Part shown: piece after piece, positions 1 to 11,407 of the stretch | Layout: the number at the start of each line of letters is the position of its first letter | Numbering within the stretch: position 1 is the first letter of the stretch | DNA from: Elsinoe ampelina | Lineage: Eukaryota | Assembly: GCA_010093995.1 (NCBI GenBank) | Contig: ML992501.1 | Span: 2,871,194 to 2,929,033 of the forward strand | Length of the DNA stretch: 57,840 nucleotides | Direction: 5' to 3' | Notes under the pieces: generated by a model | Databases searched by the model: none | Told to the model about the DNA's origin: nothing | The model's input: the letters and a program-made list of their open reading frames with translations, nothing else | Program-made: the position numbers and the translations under genes

Positions 1-708
1 GCCCACCCCACGGCGGACTCCCAAACAACACGGCCCCCTCCCTGACCACGGCCTTGAGCCGCTTCCTGAGAACGTCGAAGCAATCCCCCTCGATGAACCA
101 AATCCGCTTCTCGACGCCGTAGACGCGCGCGTTGTGTCTGGCCGTCGCCAGGACGGCGGGGGAGCGTTCGATGGCGAAGATGCGGGTCCAGCGGTTGGTG
201 AGGGCGAAGGCGATGGCGTTGCCGCCGGCGCCGGCGAAGAGGTCGACGAGGGTCGTGATGGGGGCCGGGGTGGAGAGGGAGAGGTGCGTGGCGATTTTAC
301 TTTTTTGGGGAGTATTTGTCAGGGAAATAGAGGTGTGATGCATAGCGAGTGGGACTTACTTTGCTACTGGCTCGGGAGTCACGCCGTACCATGATTCGTC
401 GGTCAGCTGGATGCCTTCGTCCCAGCGGCTGAAGATGTCGTAGCGTTGGTGCCAGTATCTGTCCCGTCAGCGGGAGCGGAGGTGAGCTCGGTGGCAACTC
501 ACTTGCGGATCTCCTGCGGCATGTCCTCTGCCGATTCGTAATGGTGGACATTTTTGGGGGCAGATTCTTCTTTGCTGTCAACCTTTTCGGGCTCACTTGA
601 GCCGTTGAGGCTGCTGCGTGTTGTCACCATTTGAGTGTCATTTGATTTCTCAGCAGGGATAATGTCGGGTTCTGAAGCGGAAGCGATGTTGCTCACGCTA
701 TTCAGCAT
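1..708 (-). CDS. TGS1: Trimethylguanosine synthase (RNA cap hypermethylase), 3' end runs off window
   Basis: Spliced reading (introns 502-459 and 359-300) gives [49 protein letters not shown] (SAM-binding) and FGSPPWG, all diagnostic of Tgs1. Confidence 0.93.
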
Positions 709-1064
709 AACGGAGGAGCGTCACAAAATTTCCGAATCGGGACTTCCGCGGCGGTGGTGCGGAGCATGAGAGACAGGAGTTCAGGAGAAGCGAGAGTAAC
801 GGAACTCACTTGCGACGATCAATTTTCACATGTCAGGAGGGTTCAAAAAAGCATTGTAATGTGTGCATGTATTATTACGAGCGAGCAGGCGCCTGCCGCT
901 CAGCTCTCCGTGCTACCTAGTGTACAGGTGGCCCTCAATGACAACGCTAAGCGCTCGCTGAATGTCGCGCCGCTATTCAAGTGCGCCCCGGCCGTGAAAG
1001 ATGGACGTCATGACAGTCTCCGATGTGAAAGACTGGTGCATACTGTGTGACCCAGCACATATCC

Positions 1065-1642
1065 TTAGATACCCTTAATAGCAACTGTCCTCTCCTTCTC
1101 GAGGCGTTCCCTGTTCCTGCGCTTCTCTTCTTCCTTGCAATTCGCCAGCCCGGCGCAGGCATGACTCTCCAACATACGGTGCTTGCCGCAGTAATGGCCG
1201 GAACAGAAGCCACAGTCGCCCACGATGGGTTGTGCACGATCTTTGCAATCCTTGAAGTTGCACTTGATCTTCTTCGGAGCACCACCGCGGAGAGGGAAGG
1301 CGAGGTGGATGGTAGACTCGGAGGCGATAGAGTAGTCTGAGAGTGTCGAGTTATGTTGTGAGAGATGCTTGCCGGCGTGGACGAGGCGAAGATCTGTGGC
1401 TGGGAGGTTGGTACGAAGGGCGAGAAGGGAGGAGAGTGTTGAGATTGTGGTTGATTCTGGGACAGACAGAGCGAATGCTGGAGACTGTTAGTACTTGATA
1501 GCCATTCATGAGAGGCTATGCACTTACTGTCGCCTGCTACGTTCTTGACAAAGATCTGCATGGTTGGCTCTGGCTCGACGGACGATGAGCGAGAAGAGAC
1601 GGGCGAAAGCATCGGGAGGGAGGTGACGGAGTTGGAACGCAT
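1065..1642 (-). CDS. Ubiquitin-like domain plus AN1-type zinc finger protein
   Basis: MQIFVKNVAGD, intron 1527-1478, then a ubiquitin-like body ending LPLRGG, followed by CNFKDC...CGFCSGHYCGKHRMLESHAC (AN1 finger). Stop TAA at 1067-1065. Start is either 1642 or the MQIF ATG at 1561. Confidence 0.88.
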
Positions 1643-2451
1643 CGTGATAAGTGCAGAAGTGATTTTGGTCGATGTGAAAGTGATTCAAGAGTCTGGGTCT
1701 AGATTGGCAGCTGATCGCGTGGTATGCAGATGACTAAAGCCGAAGACGGAGACAGTTGGGGATGGCGTTGTGGACAGGTGATGGAACCGGCGATGACGCT
1801 GTGGCGGGTCGGGATGGTGCGAGAAGGTCGTGGATGGTGCTGTCTGTGACTCGAGTTGGTATGGTGGAAGTGGAAGAATGAAGAGTGTGTTGGGGGAGAA
1901 GGAGAGCAGGTTGGGAGGCTGAGGCAGTGAGAGTGTGAGACTGCTCGCCATGCCTGACTACGAATGCCCAGCGAAGCCCGGCCCTGAGGCGCTAAAGCCG
2001 ACACGCATGTCACGGGGAGAGCGCCTCGATTGACGCTTTAAGGAAGGCTAATGAGCAACGATAGCCCGGAAACTTGAACGGAAACCTTCGCTGCCGTCTT
2101 TGCGACCATCCACCACACTCCGGAAGCCCTGAAAGCCTCTGCTCAAAAATCCTCGTCTGCCTCTGCCTCTTCACTCATGCGGTCATTCCGGACAAGTGAT
2201 CGTCGCTTTGATTTTCCATGCGATTCTCCATGATCCTGGTCCACTCTTTTTGTCGCTCCGATGAGATAAGCTTCTTCACATGTGTCGAATCTCCTGATTG
2301 GCGTCTGAAAGCAGGGGGCCCGGGGCCGTCACTTCGATTGATGCAAGTCATTTACCAAACTTGGGATTTCGCGCCTGCTCGCCGCATCTCTGTTTGTTGT
2401 CGTTGCAATAAATAACCACTTCACATGCATTACGTGCCGTCTCGGTCTAGC

Positions 2452-3289
2452 TCAGAGTCTGGATTGATGCCAGGGCTTCTGCTTTTTCCATTCGAGGTTG
2501 CAAGGATTAGAGGGTGTGAGACTTCGTATCGAGAATTGATTCAGACTATCGACAAGGAGCCATGCAGAGCCAAGTCTCATAGCCCTTTGTTCCCAAGCTG
2601 CGGCGCAAGGAATGCGTGTGGCTTCCAACAGGGATATTACTACCAGAACATCAATACAACCTACTCTCGCGCGACTTGCGACAGGCCAGAAGAAATGGTC
2701 TGGTAGTATCAACGGCATACCGCCACCTCGGCCGACTCTTCTGCCTCGAGCACCGAAAGAGTGTTGCAGATCGTGGGAGATATGACTGTGGTGTTCTTGC
2801 TCGACCTCAAGGAGCTCACACTCCTCGATGGCTGGCTTGGTAGGCTTTTTCAATCGCTTGTACACCTTCTTGAGGTTACCGTCTTCATCCTTTTCGCCGA
2901 GGTCGATTGGTTTAGAAGGACCCTTAACATAGCCACGCAAATGCGGCTCTCGCTTCTTCTGCTTCTGCGGGATGACGGAGAATGACGAGAGTACAGGAGT
3001 ATCATGTTGATGAGCCGCCATTTTGCATGGTTCTGCGGCATCTGTCTCTCCAAGCGTGACTTCCTCGCACATGTCCTTAAATGGTTGAAGGACTGAGAAA
3101 ACGTGGGCCGTTGGCGCATGAGATAGTGAACGAGAACCCCAGAATCTGGAAGCGAGCGGCCAATGCTCTCCAATGCTCTGGTCGGATCATTGCAACATCT
3201 ATATCCCGGATGAGAAGTTGAACATCTCGACATGAGCCTGTAGGCAGGTCTTCATTGTCTGGAAGCTGGGAGCGCTTGATTGAATCCAT
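2452..3289 (-). other. Possible lineage-specific or decayed gene (overlapping ORFs in three frames)
   Basis: ORFs 3289-3077, 3233-2850 and 3072-2452 overlap in series. The Lys/Glu-rich segment QKQKKREPHLRGYVKGPSKPIDLGEKDEDGNLKKVYKRLKK looks protein-like, but no family is recognised. Confidence 0.3.
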
Positions 3290-3458
3290 GGCATAAAGGA
3301 ATGCAGTGTTCTCCTCATAGATGCTGTGGACTCATTTCTTGTAGATTATCTCCTTTGCCTCTTCACATCTAGAACCTAGAACCGGATGAAGCGTTCAGGA
3401 TCACGTATGTCCAGGATTGTCGCCAGTAGAAGCTTCCGCTCCAGCGTCCTGCACAATA

Positions 3459-3695
3459 GCTGGTAGTATGTGAATCGTGTGACTACCAGAATATGATCGA
3501 CTTATCTTCTTGATCAGATGTAGAGCCCAGGCTGGTAGGCGGACTACTATGAGACTAGCACAACCTCTAGATCCTGCTATAACCATCACAGCTGGTAGTA
3601 TTTAGGGTACAGGACTACCAGAGAATGACTGATGTAACCTCAGAGTCCATGAACTCGTTTCGAGCTGGAAGGATTTATATTGCAGAACTACCAGG
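3459..3695. repeat. Degenerate tandem array of four palindromic units (GCTGGTAGTAT-N11-GACTACCAGA) with dissimilar intervening sequence
   Basis: Units start at 3459, 3531 (loop deleted), 3591 and 3664 (degenerate left arm), spaced 72, 60 and 73 bp. The arms are exactly 14 bp apart in units 1, 3 and 4. Confidence 0.75.
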
Positions 3696-5267
3696 AAATA
3701 ACCAGGTCATCTTTCCGGTCCGTCTACCGACTCCGGGCTGGTGGTGCCCTATCTCACCCGCTCAATAAAGAGCCACAGAAGGAGATGAGTGCGATAGAGG
3801 GACAACACATCCTGCCCAACTAATCTCGTCACTACTAGGCGGGCAGCTTTGAGCGAGCGTTGCATGGATACATGGCTCCGTTCTCAGCACGGCCAGGAAT
3901 CGACAGCAGAACCTTGTTTTTACCGTTGTAGACGCTGTGGTCTGTGCCTGGAATGGTTGATTGGGCTACAACTTGTATTCAAAGACTTGGGAGCGTTCTG
4001 ATCAAGCTGAAAGGCAAATACGAACAACGATGCTTACTGGTCGAGGCAGAGAAGATTGAATCGTATACGATCCTCGCTAGACAATCTCCAGATAGTCCAA
4101 GCAGCCCAGTCACCGCGGAGCTGTGTCTCAATATCGGAGAAGTGGACTATAGCATGATCCATCAGCAGGCCACGGTATAGCAGCTGACGACTTAGCATCA
4201 AAGACACATATTGGCTGCGAAGACTGCAGAGAAAGTCAACGTGTTGGACGAGCTGCCCTCTGTCAACCTTTTGCTTACGTAATCGTAAAGGTCTGCGAGA
4301 GCGCATCTCAAATGGTTGTTCTCTTGCATGCAACACTTGATAGTCTCTGTGTAATCGCATTTCGCTCGCGAAACGCCATAGTGTAAATCAGCTTGCATGC
4401 CGTTTGCCATGCTGACATCCGCGGATTGAATGGCGTGGGAACACAGGTCAAATACTGACTGGCTTGAATAGGTCACCCCGTCCTCGACGCTCGTTTGCAC
4501 ACCCTCTGATACGCGATCTCCTGGTTACAGCCTTTCAAGGCACGGTGAAGAGGGAGTTTCTCTGTGACTCACTTGAGTTCTTTCGAGGCACCGACCTACG
4601 ATGAGGCACCACCTGCTGGTTGCTTTGTGAGAGGACTGGTGTACGGCAAGGCTTGTCACTTCACAGCAGCAGCGATGACGCAAAGGTCACATACTCATTG
4701 TGATGGCATCCACGCTTAGCATCCCACAGGATGTTATGGACGATTGGGAAGCCCTTGATGGATACTTGCCTGCCGACCTAGCCACGTAGTCCTGGACTCA
4801 TACTTCTACGCAGATCATGGGAGTTGTACTGCAAAACACCTGCCTTTCTCAAGGACGGCTGGTATCATGCAGGTCAGCTGCCCTACTTGACACAGCAGCT
4901 CACTTGAATGTCCGGAAAGCTTATGCCACAAAGGCGTTGCGCAGGACCCCACGTAGGTGTTCCCTTACCGCAGCACCAGGCCTCTCATTCCGTAAGCAGT
5001 CGTCGTCATGCAATAGGTTTTGTCAGTGAGGACATTGAGCAGACCTGGAATGAGTGACATGTGCGGGCGCCGCGAATCTTCCGTGACATGTGATCAAGAG
5101 CCCCTCTTTAACACAAAAATTTGAACAGACTCACATACGAGAGCTTTGTCTTCTCTCCTTCACACCACTCCACGCACTCTCATCGCATTACAATTCCACT
5201 CTGACCCACACATAGCTCCGGTAGTTTGACATCAACGTCTTCGGCTTTGAAGTCGCTAGCTGCAGAT

Positions 5268-8200
5268 ATGGCGATTCCGCCAGCGGAATGGTCCTTGAAA
5301 GGACGCTTCGACAAGGTGAAAAGCACCGATTCCAAATTCCACCGCTCAAACTATGATCATCAGCGCCTCTCTTCCTTCACTCGCAAATGCGCCTACATTC
5401 GGGTCGGCGACGAGCTGCTGAGAGGTACCGACGACGGACATCAGATCCTGTTCACAATGAACATCTCACCTCTCGAACACAAGTTCGAGCTGGAACTTCG
5501 GCTTTCGCCCGCGGCTCAGTCTGGCAAGGACAAGGAGAAGTTTCATAAGGCGCTCGAAGCCAATACGAAGAATCGCATGGCCGTCCATTTCTCTGCGCAC
5601 ATGAACTCTAGCAAGGATCGAGTTTCACAGCCATATTCCGGCCCGGGAGAATATCCAGCCAGCAGCAATGCTATCACCTTTTCCTCACAACTGCAAGCGG
5701 TTGAGTGCGTTCTGCTCTCCGATTACGAAGCCGCAAAGCACGTCAAACTACCAGCCCCAGTCCAAGGTTTTGCAAGTTCCGCTGCTAGTATTCAAGCCGG
5801 CAGGTCCACCGGCAACGTATTCCCACAGGGACCACGTAGTGGCAACGCTGTCACTGACAACCGTGGTACTGGCCGTGGTAGGTCTAACAGCAACATACTA
5901 CCAGGCGCCGGCCGCGGTGGTGGTCATACTGGCGGAGCCCGGCAGTCATCAAACGCGGAACCCGAGTACCTCCTCGTGACCTGGAAGGCCGACAGTGGGC
6001 AGGCGTTTGCATTCAGCAGGAACACCCAGAACCTGCCACGGGCGGCACAAGACGCTGCGGCCAAATTCAGGAAGATGCTCACGGAGTTCAAGACTGGTAG
6101 TGCATCGATCCAGGTCGTCATGCCGCACATGAAGGGCCTTCTCACACAAACGTGGCCAAGGTTCAAGTCTTTGCCGACGCCTACACCGGTCTCCTACTTC
6201 CCATGGCTCCGCCAAACCTCCGGGGGCGAGCTGATCGAGGTGTTGGCATTGAATGGTCCATTTCGTGTGGAGCACGACAGTCGCTGGATTGACACGGCGC
6301 TGGCCACCTCTTCCGGATTTACTACCACATCTCCCAGGCCGTCTGGTAGTACTCTGAGTGCGGAGGGCGTCAACAAGCTTGAGCCGTTGCCACTGAAGCT
6401 GAAGTACCACGACGCACGAGAGTATATAGCTCACGTCATCGGTGCTTTCTCCTAGGAAGAGGCACAGAATCGTCGTAGTATAGCTCAGACTCTCGACGGT
6501 CAGCATCTGTGCGACGTCTTCCCGGACAACTCACTTGGAGGTACAAACCTATATCTTATCGCATTGAAGGTTGGTAGAATTGGATCTCATCAAGTCGACT
6601 TTGAGAAGGAAGCCACTCTAGAAGCACAAGAAACCAGCGTGGAAGTCGGGGAGAGAGTACGTATCGATATCACTATGGACCAAAGTCTTGGGAAAGAGGA
6701 ATGGCACGGCAAAGTGGTCAGGATCCCGGATCAATATCGAAAGTTCGGTCACAACGTTGCCGTGATTGCGGATCGACCCCTACAGCCAGGTGGTATGGTC
6801 CTTACCAGCCGTCGACTGGTGGCAGACTTCCACTTCGGACATGCCGGTGGCTCATCACGCGGACTCCGTGAGCGGATAGTTGAGCTCATGCTGGGACCGA
6901 CAGCGTCCAACACGTCCATCAGGAATTTCCTCCTCTCGCACGACAACAACAATCTACAACTCCCCTTCGTCGTGAATGGCCATCCTGACAATTGGATCAA
7001 CGAGATTGATACCAAATATCTCAAGCCGAGGAATCTCAATCCAGAGCAAAGGGCCGTCATCTTCCATTATCTTCAGAACCGTGTGACCATTCTTGCGAGT
7101 CCTCCTGGTACTGGTAAATCAACGATTATCGACATCATCATTCAGATCGAGGAGGAATACTTCAAGCGATCTTTTTGGGCTCTCGCCGATAGCAATGCTG
7201 CGGTAGATGTGCTTGCGGGAATGTACATGGAGAGACGCAAAGAGAAGCAGATCTCAGGCATTTATCGTGTTCGACCAGGGTTCGAGGAGCAATATATTGA
7301 AGATGATCTTCATGGAGGTGGGTCTGGTCTCAGCTCGCTTCCCGGCTTTAGGGTACTACCACCAGCCTCATCACAGGAGCAGCTCAATGGTAGAGTCCGA
7401 ATCACTGGTGGTGCAACTAAGCCACTGTCCCTTTCCGCTGCCATCTCCAAAAGAGCCCAGTCCTTGCACAGAGGTGAAGCGTTCAAGGTACAGTACAGCG
7501 AAGAGGAGGCTCACCTCACAGCATTCAACGACGCTCATCGCGCCGCAACATCCATACGCCTGCAAGATAGCATGAGTCCCAGCGACCGTGCATTCACTGA
7601 AGAGAAGATGCGCAGGGACCAGCTTCGTGCCTTCCAGAGATTACAGCGTGCCTATGTAGCATCGAGCCGAGGCATATTCTCGACAGCTTCCGCCGCGTCT
7701 AATCCCGCCCTGCAATCGATCCAACCACAGGCTCTCATTATGGATGAGAGTTCTCAGATGATGGAAGCACGCGCTACTCGCGTCATCGCTCACGCTATGG
7801 CTGGTGGTCGGCTCGATCGCATCTTGATGGTTGGCGATGAGCATCAGCTACCACCAACGATAACGGCCGAGAAGAATCCGTTCGAGAAGAATGGGAAGAT
7901 GTCACAATTCGAGCGCCTGGTACTGGCTGAGTCCAAAGTCTTCATGCTGAAAGAGCAGTATCGCTGCCATCCCCAAATCAGCTCCATCCTCAATCGATTG
8001 ATCTACCAAGGACAATTGCGCAACGCTCCCATCACTACTGGACGTACAGGTCATATCGGCAGCTTCACCAAGTTCGTCAAGGAGAACTTGTTACCCTCGT
8101 CGCATCCTTTGCAAAAGTCTTCTGAGCCGATCTGTTCATTAGTCCTCAGTCCAGTGCAGAGCAAAGACTATTCCAGCTGGCTGTCGCAGAAGAGGCCTGG

Positions 8201-8642
8201 CAGCACCTCTCGACTCAACTTTCTTACTGCCGCGCTCGTCCTGAACGTAACTTCCCGGCTGCTAAAGGCCAAGCTGTCCAAGAAAGACATCCTCATTTCC
8301 GCGTTCTATGCCGGACACCTCCAGTCATCATGGATTGAGGACAGTCTGCGCCAGAATTACGACAGCGTCGTCAAGACGTATGCCTACCAGGGCCGCCCGT
8401 CGGAGGCAGGAAGGACCGTGATGCACCCAGAGGTCGCGAGTAAGGAGGCGGTGTTCAGCAAGGAAACTACCAGGGTGGTAGCGTCGCCGGATCGATTGCT
8501 GTCGTTGATGGTGGATGTGACGGGGGTTTCGGACGAGATGGCGAGGAGGTATATTGTGAAGGCGGAGGGAGAGTTGCATGTCGCGATCGAGACATATTAT
8601 AGAGACTATCCGATCAAAGATGAGGCGGTTGATATAGATTAG
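5268..8642 (+). pseudogene. Upf1-like superfamily 1 helicase with C-terminal UBA-like segment, interrupted by one in-frame TAG (pseudogene or recoded gene)
   Basis: ORFs 5226-6455 and 6564-8642 share a frame, and TAG 6453-6455 is the only stop between them. Motifs present: SPPGTGKS (Walker A), SNAAVD (Ia), LIMDESSQ (II), VGDEHQLPP (III), LKEQYRCHPQI. Motifs V/VI are not canonical. Confidence 0.75.
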
Positions 8643-9131
8643 GCTGGTAGTAGCACAGCGAGAACTACTACCACACTTCCCCACCCACCGTACTTCCGTA
8701 CTTCTACAACTATTCTACACCTCCCAGTTCTACAAGCCAGATGATGTCACCTTGACCTGGCGACTAGTAGGGATGTCATCGTGAAGAGTCTTCCATTTTC
8801 CCGACCGAAAGTGCCATCCCATCCAGACTCCACTAGAGGTGGAACTACTAGCGAATACCACCCACGACCAACGTATCCCCGACGACGAGCGGATGAGATC
8901 AGAGACATGGACATGATGCGACGAAACAGCAGGGAACGATGAAGTACTACCAGACAATAAGCATTACGATCTTTTTATCTACAAGCTAAACATCTTCAGC
9001 CGTTATCATCATAATCGTGACCACCACCGCCATCCCAACCACCGGCGCCACCATCATCATCTATACACCCTCCACTCTCTTCTATTCTACAACCCCCTCT
9101 CCGTCGCCTCTCCCCCCTCTGACCTTCCCCT

Positions 9132-9968
9132 TTACCGAGCAAACCTATACAAGAAGTAATTCTTGTACATCTTCAACGTCTGCCCAAAAGTAAACTCGGT
9201 CATGCACGCATCAAAGCTGTAATCCATGTAATTATGGATACTATCCACGCCTTTACCGGGGCACGAGTCCTGACCCTCGGGACACCCGAACGTGACGGCA
9301 GACTGGATGGGAGTATCAAAGACATAATCGCCACGTCCCTCACAGCTCTGGTTCTGGAAAACGTGGAAGACACCGAACCAGTGACCGACTTCGTGGACGG
9401 CAGTGAGACCAAGGTCGTAGTTCGTAGCGTCACCACCCGGCATGGAGCCCGCGAGGTTGGTGCAGCCGTCGAGAGTGAGGATGGAGGAGTTGACGCGCTT
9501 CTCGGGGAAGTAGCAGAAGCCGAGCAGGCCGCCGCCGAGGTCGGAGAGGAAGTAGAGGTTGAGGGTGTCGTAGGTGCCTCTGCGGAGAGCGGTCTTCATC
9601 TCCAACTCGGTGTCGGACTCGGGGAGGCCGCCGGTGGCCCAGGCCTCGTTGACGGTGAAGGTGGTGCCGACGTTCTTGTAGCTGATGCCGGCCGGGGCGT
9701 AGGCGTCGTTCATGACGTCGATTTGGCGGTCGACGATGGCTTGGTCGTAGAGAGGGGCGGACTCGGCGGTGGTGACGACGTGGACGTAGGTCTCGACTTC
9801 GATGCCGAGGCGGCGGGCGCGGGCGTCGGTGGACGGCTCGTTGGCGGCTTCGTCGACGAGTTCTTTGGAGGGGGCGGGGGCGCCGCAGCGGGAGGTGATT
9901 TGGCGGGGTGCGAGGGAGTGGGCGAGGGTGGTGCCGCAGAGGGCGAGGATGGGGGCGGTGAATCTCAT
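9132..9968 (-). CDS. Secreted zinc metalloprotease, peptidase family M43 (MEP1/ulilysin-like)
   Basis: Signal peptide MRFTAPILALCGTTLA, zinc motif HEVGHWFGVFH and Met-turn NYMDYS; single exon. Confidence 0.93.
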   Translation of the reverse strand: MRFTAPILALCGTTLAHSLAPRQITSRCGAPAPSKELVDEAANEPSTDARARRLGIEVETYVHVVTTAESAPLYDQAIVDRQIDVMNDAYAPAGISYKNVGTTFTVNEAWATGGLPESDTELEMKTALRRGTYDTLNLYFLSDLGGGLLGFCYFPEKRVNSSILTLDGCTNLAGSMPGGDATNYDLGLTAVHEVGHWFGVFHVFQNQSCEGRGDYVFDTPIQSAVTFGCPEGQDSCPGKGVDSIHNYMDYSFDACMTEFTFGQTLKMYKNYFLYRFAR

Positions 9969-11407
9969 GGTTGCGGATGGGGGATGGGTGAGGGGTAGGG
10001 AGGGCAGAGGGGGAGGCAGGAGAGGGGATATATACTTGTGTCCGGCATGCTATCCAGAGCATGGCCCGATATCAGTTCGGGGATGATCAATATTGCTGGC
10101 CCAACATCTTTGTCGCTACCGAGGGACTGGCAGGACGAGGCGCACTTACCAGTCAATGCACTTTGTCAAGATGATCAGCGACCCTCAGAGAAATTTCTCC
10201 CGTGGCGTGTTGCTCTGGGTCGACTAGTCGAGCAGACCGCGCGAAAGCACTCGATCAGCGCGCGATAACGAGGAAGCAAAAGCTTGCATTTCGTCGCCGA
10301 GTCCGGAACCTTCGCCGTTGCCGCATCGCTAGCTGCATATTCACTTATGAAGAAGCTCTGAGAGAAGGAGAGAACCACGCGAGAGGCGTCCCGGGACATG
10401 AGCGACCTGCCCGATTCCCTCTATCAAAGGCAGGTCGTTTCCGAAGGGAGCAAAAAAACCAAGCATGATGTTCGCGGCGGACTGTCTTGGCGTGGCGCTG
10501 GTGCTGCGGGTGTAATCTGCAGTCGAATCTTGTGTTGCGGTAGGAACCGAATTTCTGATATGGAAGGCGTTCGGTCACGTCGTCCAAGCTTTTTTGAGGC
10601 GAAAAGTGGTGCAGATTTCTCCGCAGCGGTCGGACGGGATCTGATAGGTTGACGAGCAGGCGGTTCGACTGCGTACGATTTGCTTGAGCAGACCTCTTGT
10701 CTCCTCTCAATTGGTGGCCATGCTCATGCTAGTCAAAGTCCTGAGAGCACTGGTAGTAATGTGCCTTCTTGTTACTCAATCTCCCCTCCTGATAGGATTA
10801 TTTCCTGAACCACTCAGCATTCAGAAGCCGAACAACAAATCTACACCGCAGATCTTCGCCGCCGACCATATCTCGCGCTAACACCAGACAGGCAATTCGC
10901 AACCCAGCCACGGCCTTGGCAATCCGAGTGTTTGTGCTTCTGGAATCCTGCATGTTTGCTCGTGACATGCATGTCGTGACTAGTGCCGGTGCTTGACAGC
11001 TGGGGTGACATGATAGGCACGCGACTATTGGAGAGGGGCACATACTGGTAGGATCTTTGCATGCAGGGGAGGCAATACGAGGGCCCGCATTGTGTGGAGA
11101 GCTGGCGGTGCTTTTGCGGTTGATGAGTTCTGGTAGTTGATTGGTCGGCGGCTGAAGTCATTCACCGCGAAGGACAACCTCACTGTTTTTTGGTAGTTGT
11201 TTGCGCTCGTAAACATGTCAAGTCTGGTGAGCACGATTGATGGCGTACGCCGTGCGTATGTCCGACACGGTCAGGATGAAGAGTAATTCGCTATATCCAT
11301 TCATAAATCGACAGTCATCTGCATAAACGTACCAGCCCTAGTCAGCCCTCTCCAGCCCTCACGACAAGGTATCAAGAAGCATTCTTTTCTGCCCTACCAA
11401 CACAAGC

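Noticed and set aside
300..359. AAG acceptor in TGS1 intron 2 as an anomaly
   Set aside because: AAG acceptors are uncommon but well known; the branch site and reading frame are normal.
3459..3695. CRISPR array interpretation of the palindromic repeat-spacer pattern
   Set aside because: Eukaryotic context, no cas genes, only four degenerate units, and the repeat centres vary, unlike CRISPR repeats.
4034..4500. Minus-strand ORFs of 100-108 aa in the accessory island
   Set aside because: Non-ATG starts, no recognisable motif or convincing splice structure; cannot support a gene call.
6422..6455. 34-nt GTATAT...CTAG intron removing the helicase stop
   Set aside because: Shorter than any other intron here and not frame-preserving. 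The 52-nt option from 6404 also shifts frame.
5268..8642. Helitron Rep/helicase assignment
   Set aside because: Motifs are Upf1-like (DESSQ, GDxxQLPP, QYR) rather than Pif1-like, and no HUH Rep motifs were seen.
9234..10062. Long antisense and alternate-frame ORFs over the M43 gene (similar ones over ACS, POM33, septin, MFS, RRG7 and the hydrolases)
   Set aside because: Shadows of GC-rich, C-ending codon bias; low-complexity translations with no motifs.
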